A stretch of DNA of 51,425 bases, from contig DASUBP010000032.1 in NCBI GenBank assembly GCA_035763205.1, positions 1-51,425 on the forward strand, written 5' to 3'. The notes beneath the pieces were generated by a model. The model did not search any database, was not told the origin of the DNA, and saw nothing but the letters and a program-made list of their open reading frames with translations. Position numbers and translations under genes: made by a program. Positions within the stretch are counted from its first letter, which is position 1, and each line of letters opens with the position of its first letter. The stretch comes from Gemmatimonadales bacterium (GTDB lineage Bacteria; Gemmatimonadota; Gemmatimonadetes; Gemmatimonadales; GWC2-71-9). Of this stretch, positions 37,465 to 46,151 are shown piece by piece.

Positions 37465-38012
37465 AGGCCGAGCCCCTTGGCCGTGAGAAGCGTCTCGACG
37501 GCATGCCCCGCGCGTTCGAGCACCTCCCGCCCTCCTTCTTCGCGGTCGACCACGGCGAACACCCCCAGAATCTTCGCCCCTTCCGCCGAGAGGGCGGCGA
37601 TGGCTTCCTGGGCTGAGCCGCCCGTGGTGATCACGTCCTCTACCACCACCACCGATTGTCCGGCTTCGAAGCAGCCCTCGATGCGGCGTCCCGTCCCATG
37701 GGTCTTGGCCTGCTTCCGAATGGTAAACGCATCGACGACGGGGGCAGGGGACCGGTTGCGGGAGGCCGCCGCAATCGCGTACGCCACCGGATCGGCCCCC
37801 AGGGTCAGGCCGCCGACCGCCCGGGGAGCCCACCCTCGAGCCACCAACCGCTCGACACCCAGGGATCCAATGAGAGCCAGCCCCTCGGCGGACATCGTGG
37901 TCCGGCGGGCGTCGATGTAGAAGGTGGACTTACGGCCGGACGAGAGGGTGAAGTCCCCGCGGGTGACCGAGCGGGAAAGCAGGAGTTCGCGGAGGCGATC
38001 GAGGTCAGTCAT
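37461..38012 (-). CDS. pyrE: orotate phosphoribosyltransferase
   Basis: 183 aa. PRPP-binding loop [13 protein letters not shown] and N-terminal [14 protein letters not shown]. Confidence 0.93.
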   Translation of the reverse strand: MTDLDRLRELLLSRSVTRGDFTLSSGRKSTFYIDARRTTMSAEGLALIGSLGVERLVARGWAPRAVGGLTLGADPVAYAIAAASRNRSPAPVVDAFTIRKQAKTHGTGRRIEGCFEAGQSVVVVEDVITTGGSAQEAIAALSAEGAKILGVFAVVDREEGGREVLERAGHAVETLLTAKGLGL

Positions 38013-38021
38013 TTGTGTTCG

Positions 38022-38045
38022 TAGTAGTAGTTATAACTACTACTA
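38022..38045. repeat. perfect 24-nt AT-rich palindrome TAGTAGTAGTTATAACTACTACTA
   Basis: The sequence is its own reverse complement. It lies between the kinase stop (38051) and the pyrE start (38012) and is one of the few AT-rich patches I noticed in the window. Confidence 0.9.
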
Positions 38046-38050
38046 TCATC

Positions 38051-38959
38051 TCATTTCCTGCCGACGATGCTCTTCAGCGCACCGAAGAGTCCCTTGGACG
38101 GTGGGGGAGTCGGGTCAGCGGCGAGGCCCTGCTCGAGCTCGGCCGCCAAGGCCTCGACGGTGGGCTGGCGGGCACCAGGGTCACGCGCGAGGCCCCGCAT
38201 GATCGCCGCCTCCAGACCCGCGGAGAACTTCAGGCCCGGCACCGCCTGATTGAGAGGCTCCGGGGGCTGGGTGAGGAGCTGCTGGAAGAGCTCCCGCGGG
38301 CTGCGGCCACTGTATGGATGTCGTCCGGTGAGGAGGTAATACGCGATGGTCGCGAGCGAATAGATGTCGGCGCGGCCATCCACGAGCTCGCCGGAAAGGG
38401 CCTCCGGCGCTACGTATTGCAGGGTGCCTACGAAGAAGCCGGTCCGCGTGAGACGCTCCTCGGGCGGCACTTCCGTATCCCGCGCGATCCCGAAGTCGAG
38501 CAGGCGGGCCCGCTTGGTGGCGGGATCGTACATGATGTTCTCGGGCTTCAAGTCGCGGTGAATGATCCCGGCGTGATGGGCCGCGGCGAGTGCGTCCGCC
38601 AGCTGCCGAACCAGGGCCACGGCCTCTGGAGGAGCGAGCGGTCCGTTGCGGTGTAGGAATGCCGCAAGCGAGTCACCCGGGGCCCACTCCAGCGCCAGGT
38701 AGTACAGGCCGTCGGCCTCGCCGTAGTCGAACGTTCTCACCACGCCGGGGTGGCTGACCCGCGCGCCGTATCCCGCTTCCCGGAGGAAGCGTTTGACGGC
38801 TGTAGGGTCGCCGCGTAGCCGGGGGCGCAATACCTTGAACGCCGACGGCCCTCGCTCGGCGTGCTCCGCACGGTAGACTTCGGCGGTGCCGCCTTCGCCG
38901 ACGCGCTCTAGAAGGCGGTAGCCGGCGATGGTTTGGCCGGCGAGATTCTCGGTGGGCAT
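38051..38959 (-). CDS. serine/threonine protein kinase (kinase domain only)
   Basis: 302 aa. GEGGTAEVY glycine loop, HRDLKPENI catalytic loop, DFG, APE. No TM segment or sensor domain. Confidence 0.92.
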   Translation of the reverse strand: MPTENLAGQTIAGYRLLERVGEGGTAEVYRAEHAERGPSAFKVLRPRLRGDPTAVKRFLREAGYGARVSHPGVVRTFDYGEADGLYYLALEWAPGDSLAAFLHRNGPLAPPEAVALVRQLADALAAAHHAGIIHRDLKPENIMYDPATKRARLLDFGIARDTEVPPEERLTRTGFFVGTLQYVAPEALSGELVDGRADIYSLATIAYYLLTGRHPYSGRSPRELFQQLLTQPPEPLNQAVPGLKFSAGLEAAIMRGLARDPGARQPTVEALAAELEQGLAADPTPPPSKGLFGALKSIVGRK

Positions 38960-38991
38960 GAGGACGCGCCAAACTAACGCCCGGATTTGAG

Positions 38992-40359
38992 GTGGAGCAA
39001 GTGATCAGACGGGTCGCCGTTCCCGTGGTCCTCGGAATGTCGCTGGTCTCGTGCGGCCAATGGTCGCGCGTCGGCTCGCCTGACAATCCCAAACCCGCGG
39101 TACAGGTCTCACGCCTCTTCGACGCCGCTGCCCAGTACAGGAGCATGGGCCTCCTGGCCGCGGGTGATCCGTTGCCCTGGGTCGGGGCGGTCCGCTGGCT
39201 GGCCGGGTCGACGCCCGACTCCACGCTCGCCCTCGTCTCCCTCTCATTCGCCAACCATTCCCTCCGCTTCCGGAGGGACGGCAATGACTTCGTCGCGTCC
39301 TATCGGGTGGAGCTGTCGTTCCACGGCGCCAACGGCGCGCCGCGCACCATCACCCGGGATGAAACGGTCCGGGTCAGGAGCTTCCAGGAAACCCTGCGTG
39401 CCGATGAGAGCGTGATCTTCCAGCAGTTCGTCTCCGTTCCTCCGGGCCCCTGCACCATCGCCATCGTGGTCCGGGACCGGGACGCGGTAGGCGCCTCGCG
39501 GCAGGAAGTGGTGGACACCATCCCGAGCTTTGCGGGTCCGACCCTCTCGACGCCGATCCCGGTGTACGAGGGGGCAGGGCGGTCGCGCCGGGACACGGTG
39601 CCCGCCCTCGTGAGCAATCCCCGCGCGACACTACCGTACGGAAACGACACGCTCTTCTTCTACGTGGAGGCCTACAATCTGCCGGCCGGCAACCCGATCG
39701 CGGCCGCGGTACTGAGCCCGAGTGGCGACACGGTCTGGGCCGATACGCTTCGCCTCGACCCCCGGGAAGGCGTGGCCCGAACCATTTTCAGAATTCCGCC
39801 CGCCAAACTCCCCGTGGGCCAGGAGCGCTTCTACGCTGCCGCGGTGGGGACGGGCAAGGGCGTACAGGCGCCCTTCCTGGTCAGCTTCTCGTCGCAATGG
39901 GTCGTGACGAACTTCGACGAGATGCTCAGCCTGCTGCGGTTCTTCCCGCGCCAGGACCTCGTCACCAAGCTGCGTTCGGCACCCGATTCTCTGCGTCCCC
40001 AGGCCTGGCGGGACTTCTGGAATGCCTCGGACCCCGTGGCGATGACGCCGGAAAACGAAGCCTTGAACGCCTACTTGAGCCGCGTGCAGGTCGCGAGCCA
40101 GCGCTTCACCGAATCGGCCGATCCCGGCTGGCTCACGGATCGCGGCGAGGTCTTCATCACCCTTGGGGATCCCGACGAGGTCTACGATCTCGAGAGCGAC
40201 TATTCGCGGACCGGACTGCATGGGATCCGCTGGATCTACACGGGTCTCCGCCTCGACTTGCTCTTCCTCGATCAGACCGGGTTCGGCCGCTTTCGGCTAA
40301 CGCCGGGATCCCGTGCGGATTTCGACCGCGCGGCGACCCGGCTGCGTCACGAGAACTGA
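38992..40359 (+). CDS. GWxTD domain-containing lipoprotein
   Basis: PGWLTDRGEVFITLGDPDEV contains the GWxTD motif. N-terminal LGMSLVSCG lipobox. GTG start. Confidence 0.8.
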   Translation: MEQVIRRVAVPVVLGMSLVSCGQWSRVGSPDNPKPAVQVSRLFDAAAQYRSMGLLAAGDPLPWVGAVRWLAGSTPDSTLALVSLSFANHSLRFRRDGNDFVASYRVELSFHGANGAPRTITRDETVRVRSFQETLRADESVIFQQFVSVPPGPCTIAIVVRDRDAVGASRQEVVDTIPSFAGPTLSTPIPVYEGAGRSRRDTVPALVSNPRATLPYGNDTLFFYVEAYNLPAGNPIAAAVLSPSGDTVWADTLRLDPREGVARTIFRIPPAKLPVGQERFYAAAVGTGKGVQAPFLVSFSSQWVVTNFDEMLSLLRFFPRQDLVTKLRSAPDSLRPQAWRDFWNASDPVAMTPENEALNAYLSRVQVASQRFTESADPGWLTDRGEVFITLGDPDEVYDLESDYSRTGLHGIRWIYTGLRLDLLFLDQTGFGRFRLTPGSRADFDRAATRLRHEN

Positions 40360-42578
40360 TGCGCCGCGCCGTCTGGGCGCTTTCGCTGTGCTGGCCGTTG
40401 GCCCTGCCGGCGCAGAAGCCGGCGGAGGTCGCACGCGCGGAATCCCTCGAAATCGCGGGCCGTCCCTGGCACGCCGCTGAGGCATTCGTCGCCGGGGCCG
40501 GCACCGCGGCCGCGCCGGCCTCCGCTCAAGTCCTCATCGCCGATGCCCGCGCCGAGCTCACCGCTCGCCGGTACGCGCGCGTCGTGGCCCTGCTCGACAA
40601 GCGCTCCTGGCTCGCCGATTCCGGGGACGGGGTCGGCTACGCCATCCTCGCGGAGGCCGAGGATCGGCTGGGGCGCTCCGCGGACGCGGCGCGGGACTAC
40701 CTCCGGGCGCGAAGCCTGGCCACCGGGAGCCGGGCCGCGCTGCTCGCGGTCCGGGCGGCGGTCGTCTTCGATCGCGCCGGGGCGGACGACAGCGCCCGCT
40801 TCTACTATGTCGCGGCCCGGGCGGCCGGGCTTCCTTCCATCGACGAATGGCTCCGGCTCCGCGAAGCGGGTGTGAGCCGCGATACCACCATCGTCGACTC
40901 GTTGCTCGATGGCCTGACGTTCCCCGCGTCTCGACGGGCTCCGCTGTATCGAGCCCGCGCCCTGCTGGCGGCAGGGGACTCGGGACTGGCGGTGGACGCT
41001 CTCGCGGCGGCGCCCGGTGGTGCTCTCCAGGCAGCGGAGGTCGCCCTGGCCCGAAGGGACTCGGCCTGGGCCCGCAAGCTTCTCTATCATCTCTTTGCCA
41101 CGGCGCCTCAATCCGACGACGCGGCCGCGGGAGAAGCCCTCGCGCAGGGCCCGCTGCCGCCATTCTCGTCGGCGGAACGCACCTCGCTGGCGCAGGTCCT
41201 CCGCACTCACGGTGACGCGCCGGCGGCTCTGGTCCAGGTGCGACGGGCGGTAGCGTCCGGCGACTCCAGTGCCGCCACGCTGATCCTCCTGGGCGACTTG
41301 CTCGTGAGCAACCGCAAGGATCGGGACGCGCTCAAGGCGGTGTCCGCGGCGATCACGATGGCCACGGACTCCGCGACCCGGGCCCTCGCCACCTACCGGC
41401 GGGCGCGCGTGCTCGTCCGGATGGGTGATCCCGGCGCGGCTCAGGCGCTCTCCGACTATGCCCGCGCGTACCCGGGAGACAGCTCGGCGGTGACGGCGCT
41501 GTACCTGGCCGGGGACCGGCTCGCCGAGCAGGGAGATTCGACGGGTGCCGAGGCGATGTTCCGGGAGCTCGTCTCCGCCCACGCCCTGGACGCCGCATCC
41601 GTTCAGGCGCGTCTCCGCCTCGGCTCCTGGGAGTACCGGCGCCGGCACTTCGATCGCGCCGCCGAATGGTTCAGGGGAGAGGTCGCCGCGAGCCCCGGGG
41701 TCCATGGCGCGGCGCGCTACTGGCTCGCGAAAATCGCCGCGGCGCAGGGAGACACGGCGGATGCGAGGGCGCAGTGGACCGCTCTGGCTCACGACGACTC
41801 AGTCGGCTACTACGGACTGCGCGCCCGGACCGCAGCCGGGTTGCCGCCCCTGACGGTCGCGGAAGGCGTGGATTCCACCGTACCGGCCGTGACCACCGGA
41901 CTGGCTCGGCTCGACACCCTGCGGCTCGCCGGTCTCGACTCCGAAGCGGACGCGCAGGTGCGCGCGCTGGTCGCGAATCCCCCCGACTCCGTCGCCCAGC
42001 TGCTCGCGTGGACGTCGGGGCTCGCGTCCCGGGGATGGGGATCACTGTCGGTACGCCTCGCGTGGCTCGCCGCTCCGCGCGCTCCCGGGAACCCCAGGGT
42101 GCTGCGCGCCATCTACCCGTGGCCGAATCGCGGGGCGGTGGTCGCCGAGGCGAACGAATTCCACGTCGACCCGTTCCTGCTCGCCGCGCTGATCCGGCAG
42201 GAAAGCGTATTCGATCGTGAAGCGTTGTCCCGCGTCGGCGCCCGCGGCCTCACCCAGCTCATGCCGAGCACGGCCGCGTACACGGCGCGCGGTCTCGATC
42301 TGCCCTTCACCCCCGAATGGCTCACCGTCCCCGACTTGAACCTGCACCTCGGCGCCGCGCATCTGGGGACGCTCCTCGCGCGGTACCACGGCCGGGTGGA
42401 TGCCGCGGTCGCCTCCTATGATGCGGGCACCACGCCCGTGGACCGGTGGCTCGCCCGCGCGCCGGGCGCCGATCCCGATCTCTTCATTGAAGACGTCGCG
42501 TACGTCGAGACGCGGGGGTATGTGCGGTCGGTCCTGAGGAACTGGGAGGTCTATCGCGCGCTGTACGGCGCGAACTGA
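40359..42578 (+). CDS. soluble lytic murein transglycosylase (Slt-like, superhelical N-domain)
   Basis: TGATG overlap with the GWxTD gene. Signal peptide MRRAVWALSLCWPLALPAQ. C-terminal SLT domain LIRQESVFDREALSRVGARGLTQLMPSTA...SYDAG. Confidence 0.88.
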   Translation: MRRAVWALSLCWPLALPAQKPAEVARAESLEIAGRPWHAAEAFVAGAGTAAAPASAQVLIADARAELTARRYARVVALLDKRSWLADSGDGVGYAILAEAEDRLGRSADAARDYLRARSLATGSRAALLAVRAAVVFDRAGADDSARFYYVAARAAGLPSIDEWLRLREAGVSRDTTIVDSLLDGLTFPASRRAPLYRARALLAAGDSGLAVDALAAAPGGALQAAEVALARRDSAWARKLLYHLFATAPQSDDAAAGEALAQGPLPPFSSAERTSLAQVLRTHGDAPAALVQVRRAVASGDSSAATLILLGDLLVSNRKDRDALKAVSAAITMATDSATRALATYRRARVLVRMGDPGAAQALSDYARAYPGDSSAVTALYLAGDRLAEQGDSTGAEAMFRELVSAHALDAASVQARLRLGSWEYRRRHFDRAAEWFRGEVAASPGVHGAARYWLAKIAAAQGDTADARAQWTALAHDDSVGYYGLRARTAAGLPPLTVAEGVDSTVPAVTTGLARLDTLRLAGLDSEADAQVRALVANPPDSVAQLLAWTSGLASRGWGSLSVRLAWLAAPRAPGNPRVLRAIYPWPNRGAVVAEANEFHVDPFLLAALIRQESVFDREALSRVGARGLTQLMPSTAAYTARGLDLPFTPEWLTVPDLNLHLGAAHLGTLLARYHGRVDAAVASYDAGTTPVDRWLARAPGADPDLFIEDVAYVETRGYVRSVLRNWEVYRALYGAN

Positions 42579-42598
42579 ATCGGACTTAGATTCCCGCC

Positions 42599-45436
42599 AT
42601 GCCCCCCCGGTCTACCGATGCGCTTTTTCTGATCGACGGTTACGCCCTCATCTATCGCGCGTTTTTCGCGATGATCGCGCGTCCCCTCACTACACGTCAC
42701 GGCGAGAACACTTCCGCCGCGTGGGGGGTGACGAACTTCCTCCTCCGCTTGCGGGAGCGGCACCAACCCGGGTACCTGGGATGGATCAACGACCGGGGGG
42801 TCTCGTTCCGCGAGCGGTTGTATCCCGCCTACAAAGCCACCCGCCAGAAGCTCACCGCCGAGCTCCAGCAGGATTTCGACCGGTCGGTGGAACGCATCGC
42901 CCAGCTCCTCGAGGCGTTCCGCGTCCCCCTGGTCACCGTGGAAGGATTCGAAGCGGATGACGTGATCGGGACCCTCGCCGCCAAGGCCACGGACCAGGGT
43001 GTGCTCTCGGTGATCGTCTCGGGGGACAAGGACTTCTATCAACTGATCGGACCCAAAGTCGCCCTGCTCAACCCCGGCCGCTCGGGTCCCGCGGGAGTCG
43101 AGGAACAGTGGGTGGACGAGTCCAACGCGTCGGAACGGTTGGGAGTGCCGCCCCGGCAGGTGATCGACTACCTGGCGCTGGTGGGGGACAGCTCGGACAA
43201 CGTCCCCGGAGTGAAGGGGATCGGCGAGAAGACCGCGGTGGAGTTGCTCGCGAAGTACCCCGACCTCGAAACGATCATCTCGCACGCGGCGGAGATCCCC
43301 GGGAAGCGAGCGCGGGAGGCCCTCCTGGCGCATACCGAGGAAGCGCGGCTTTCCAGGGACCTCGTGACCATCAGGCGCGACGTACCGGTCACCCTCGACC
43401 TCGACGCCCTGCGGGTGAAACCCTTCGATGGGCCCCGGTTGACGGAGCTTTTCACCGAGCTCGAGTTCCGGTCTCTCATCGCGAAGGTGACCGGCCCGGA
43501 CGCCGCGGTTCCGATTCGGTCATCGGCTCCGGCGGCAGAGCCTGCCGCCCAGCCCGCTCCCGCGCCCGCGGCAGCTCCCCAGGCCGTGCCGGCCGTTGCG
43601 GCCGTCCCGGCGCGGGTCCTCGATGACGTCGCAGGGCTCGCCGCGATGATCGCCGAATGCCGGCGCGCTCCGATGATCGCGCTCGACACGGAAGCGTCGG
43701 CCATCGATCCGCTGCGGGCGTCGCTGGTCGGACTGTCGATCGCCGTCGCTCCGGGGCAGTCCTGGTATCTGCCCTTCACGCACCGCCCCCCGGACGGGGA
43801 GCTGGCCGGTGGAGTCCCTCCGAAGAACCTTCCCGCGATCAAGAGTCCCGAGCTCGCCCCCCTCCGCGAGCTGCTCGCCGATCCCGCGGTGAAGAAAGCC
43901 GGCCACAACATCAAGTACGACTGGCTGGTTCTCCGGCGCGCCGGTGTCGAGCTGGCGGGTGTGGCCTACGACTCGATGCTCGCGAGCTTCGTGCTCGACC
44001 CGGGCCGCCGGTCGCACGCACTGGACGCGCTCGCGCTCGAACGCCTCAACCTTCCGATGCGCACGTATGCGGACGTCGCGGGCCGGGGGCGCGCCGAGCG
44101 TCCTTTTGCCGACGTGCCCGTGCCGGACGCGGCGCGCTACTGCTGTGACGATTCGGAGATGGTGCTGCGGCTGGCCGAGGCGTTCAACGGGGAGCTCGAC
44201 GACCACCACCTGCGGCCTCTGCTCGACACCATCGAGATGCCCCTGATCCGCGTCCTGGCGGACATGGAATGGGCCGGCATCCGCGTGGACCGGGAGCTCC
44301 TCGCGAACCTGTCGCGGCAGTTCGCGATCGACCTCGGGCGCCTGGAGAAGGAAATCCACGCGGCGGCGGGAACGGACTTCAACATCGCGTCCACGCCGCA
44401 GCTCCGGACCGTGCTGTTCGAGAAGCTGCAGCTGCCGGTCCTCAAGAAGACGAAGACGGGGGCGTCCACCGACTACGAAGTCCTCGAACAGCTCGCGGGG
44501 ATGGGGCACGAAGTGCCCCGGCTGCTCATCGAGTACCGCGAGCTCTCCAAGCTCAAGTCCACCTACGTGGACTCACTGCCCCTGAACATCAACCCGGATA
44601 CCGGCCGGATCCACACCAGCTTCAATCAGACCGGCGCGGCCACGGGACGGCTGTCCTCATCGGATCCCAATCTGCAGAACATTCCGATCCGGACCCCGCG
44701 CGGCGAAGAGATCCGCCGCGCGTTCATCGCGTCGCCCGGAAGCGTGCTCCTCACCGCCGACTACTCGCAGATCGAGCTCCGGCTCCTCGCGCACCTGTCC
44801 GGGGATCCGCTCCTGGTGGAAGCGTTCGAGCGCGGAGGAGACATCCACCGGCAGACCGCCGCGGTAATCTTCGGCGTGCCCGACGATCAAGTTACGTCTG
44901 AAATGCGGAGCCGGGCCAAGACCATCAACTTCGGGACGATCTACGGCCAGGGACCCTTCGCGCTCGCGCGGATGCTGTCGATCACCCAGGACGAAGCGAA
45001 GCGATTCATCGCGGAATACTTCCAGCGCTTCGCGGGAGTGCGGACCTGGCTCGACCGGACCGTCGCGGAGGCCCGGCAGCGCGGATACACGGAGACGATT
45101 TTCAAGCGCCGGCGATACATCCCGGAGCTGAAGGACAAGAACTTCAACATGCGGGCGTTCGGGGAGCGCACGGCCACGAACTCCCCATTGCAGGGCTCGG
45201 CCGCCGACCTGATCAAGGTGGCGATGATCCGGATCGCGGCCGGGCTGGCGGAGGGGAAGCTCGGGACCCGGATGCTGCTGCAGGTCCACGACGAGCTGGT
45301 GTTCGAGGTCCCCGTGGATGAACGGGAGGCGGCATCCGTGCTGGTGAAGCGGGAGATGGAAGGAGCGGCACGGTTGCGCGTACCGCTGGTGGTCAGCATT
45401 GGAACCGGGCCGAACTGGGTGGAAGCCAAGGACTAG
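42599..45436 (+). CDS. polA: DNA polymerase I
   Basis: 945 aa. 5'-nuclease domain (LFLIDGYALIYRAFFA), 3'-5' exonuclease domain and family A polymerase motifs (DYSQIELR, QVHDELVFE). Confidence 0.97.
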   Translation: MPPRSTDALFLIDGYALIYRAFFAMIARPLTTRHGENTSAAWGVTNFLLRLRERHQPGYLGWINDRGVSFRERLYPAYKATRQKLTAELQQDFDRSVERIAQLLEAFRVPLVTVEGFEADDVIGTLAAKATDQGVLSVIVSGDKDFYQLIGPKVALLNPGRSGPAGVEEQWVDESNASERLGVPPRQVIDYLALVGDSSDNVPGVKGIGEKTAVELLAKYPDLETIISHAAEIPGKRAREALLAHTEEARLSRDLVTIRRDVPVTLDLDALRVKPFDGPRLTELFTELEFRSLIAKVTGPDAAVPIRSSAPAAEPAAQPAPAPAAAPQAVPAVAAVPARVLDDVAGLAAMIAECRRAPMIALDTEASAIDPLRASLVGLSIAVAPGQSWYLPFTHRPPDGELAGGVPPKNLPAIKSPELAPLRELLADPAVKKAGHNIKYDWLVLRRAGVELAGVAYDSMLASFVLDPGRRSHALDALALERLNLPMRTYADVAGRGRAERPFADVPVPDAARYCCDDSEMVLRLAEAFNGELDDHHLRPLLDTIEMPLIRVLADMEWAGIRVDRELLANLSRQFAIDLGRLEKEIHAAAGTDFNIASTPQLRTVLFEKLQLPVLKKTKTGASTDYEVLEQLAGMGHEVPRLLIEYRELSKLKSTYVDSLPLNINPDTGRIHTSFNQTGAATGRLSSSDPNLQNIPIRTPRGEEIRRAFIASPGSVLLTADYSQIELRLLAHLSGDPLLVEAFERGGDIHRQTAAVIFGVPDDQVTSEMRSRAKTINFGTIYGQGPFALARMLSITQDEAKRFIAEYFQRFAGVRTWLDRTVAEARQRGYTETIFKRRRYIPELKDKNFNMRAFGERTATNSPLQGSAADLIKVAMIRIAAGLAEGKLGTRMLLQVHDELVFEVPVDEREAASVLVKREMEGAARLRVPLVVSIGTGPNWVEAKD

Positions 45437-45449
45437 GGCCGTTCTTGCT

Positions 45450-45468
45450 GGAGGACACGGGGTCCTCC
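45450..45468 (+). terminator. hairpin 14 nt downstream of polA
   Basis: GGAGGAC (45450-45456) / GTCCTCC (45462-45468) with loop ACGGG, followed by ACATTTGG (weak T content). Confidence 0.45.
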
Positions 45469-45480
45469 ACATTTGGCGCC

Positions 45481-45861
45481 ATGCGCCCGCCCCGCGGCTT
45501 CACGCTCATCGAGCTCCTGATCGTCATCGTGATCATCGGTATCCTCGCCACGATGGCGATCCTCAACTACACGAGCTCCAAGCAAAAAACCTACGAAGCG
45601 TCGATGAAGGCCGATCTGAGGAACCTGGCGACGGCCGAAGAAGCGTATTTCTACGACAGCTCCTCGTACACGAACAGCTTCGCCATGATGAGCAACTACA
45701 CGCCGAGCGCCGGCAATGCGATCGTCGTCAACGAGGCGACCCGGGTAGGCTGGTCGGCCACGGCGTCGAGCACCGGGACCGGCCGGAAGTGCTACCTCTT
45801 CTTCGGCTCCGCGACGCCCGTGGGGAACGCGACCAAGGAGGGTGTGGCCGCCTGCTCCTGA
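45481..45861 (+). CDS. type IV pilin-like protein (prepilin N-terminal methylation domain)
   Basis: MRPPRGFTLIELLIVIVIIGILATMAI is a class III signal with a G/FTLIE cleavage-methylation motif. A C-terminal Cys pair is present. No other pilus genes are nearby. Confidence 0.88.
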   Translation: MRPPRGFTLIELLIVIVIIGILATMAILNYTSSKQKTYEASMKADLRNLATAEEAYFYDSSSYTNSFAMMSNYTPSAGNAIVVNEATRVGWSATASSTGTGRKCYLFFGSATPVGNATKEGVAACS

Positions 45862-45899
45862 CGGAGCTGATCAGAACGTTCGCGCGCCGGCGTGAAGGG

Positions 45900-46151
45900 A
45901 TGATCTACGCGATGGATGGGGGCGTGTGGCTCCACCGTCACGTCTTTCACGACGAGCCCATGATTCACCTCGTCAGCACCCGCCGTGAACCGCTCCTGCT
46001 CGTCGGTGACCGCCTCGGACTCGATCCCGCTTGGCTCCAGTACAAGCCCCTGAAAGACCCCCGGACGGGTGTGCGGGTCGAAGCCTGGCATTGGGATTTG
46101 TGGGGGGAATCGAAGGGACGGCTGGAGGCCCTGCTCGAAACGGGTCAGTGA
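45900..46151 (+). CDS. DUF4031-like small protein
   Basis: 83 aa. HLVSTRREPLLLVGDRLGLDPAWLQ...WHWDLWG resembles the DUF4031 pattern (HLvsD..eLh.fa..lGl...W.q...HYDl). GAAGGGA precedes the ATG. The upstream part of ORF 45399-46151 overlaps polA and the pilin gene. Confidence 0.55.
   Translation: MIYAMDGGVWLHRHVFHDEPMIHLVSTRREPLLLVGDRLGLDPAWLQYKPLKDPRTGVRVEAWHWDLWGESKGRLEALLETGQ

Noticed and set aside
37465-37833. N-terminal 123-codon extension of the MCP ORF
   Set aside because: It overlaps pyrE and is Gly/Arg-rich. GTG 37464 gives a GTGA coupling to the pyrE stop and precedes the first TM helices.
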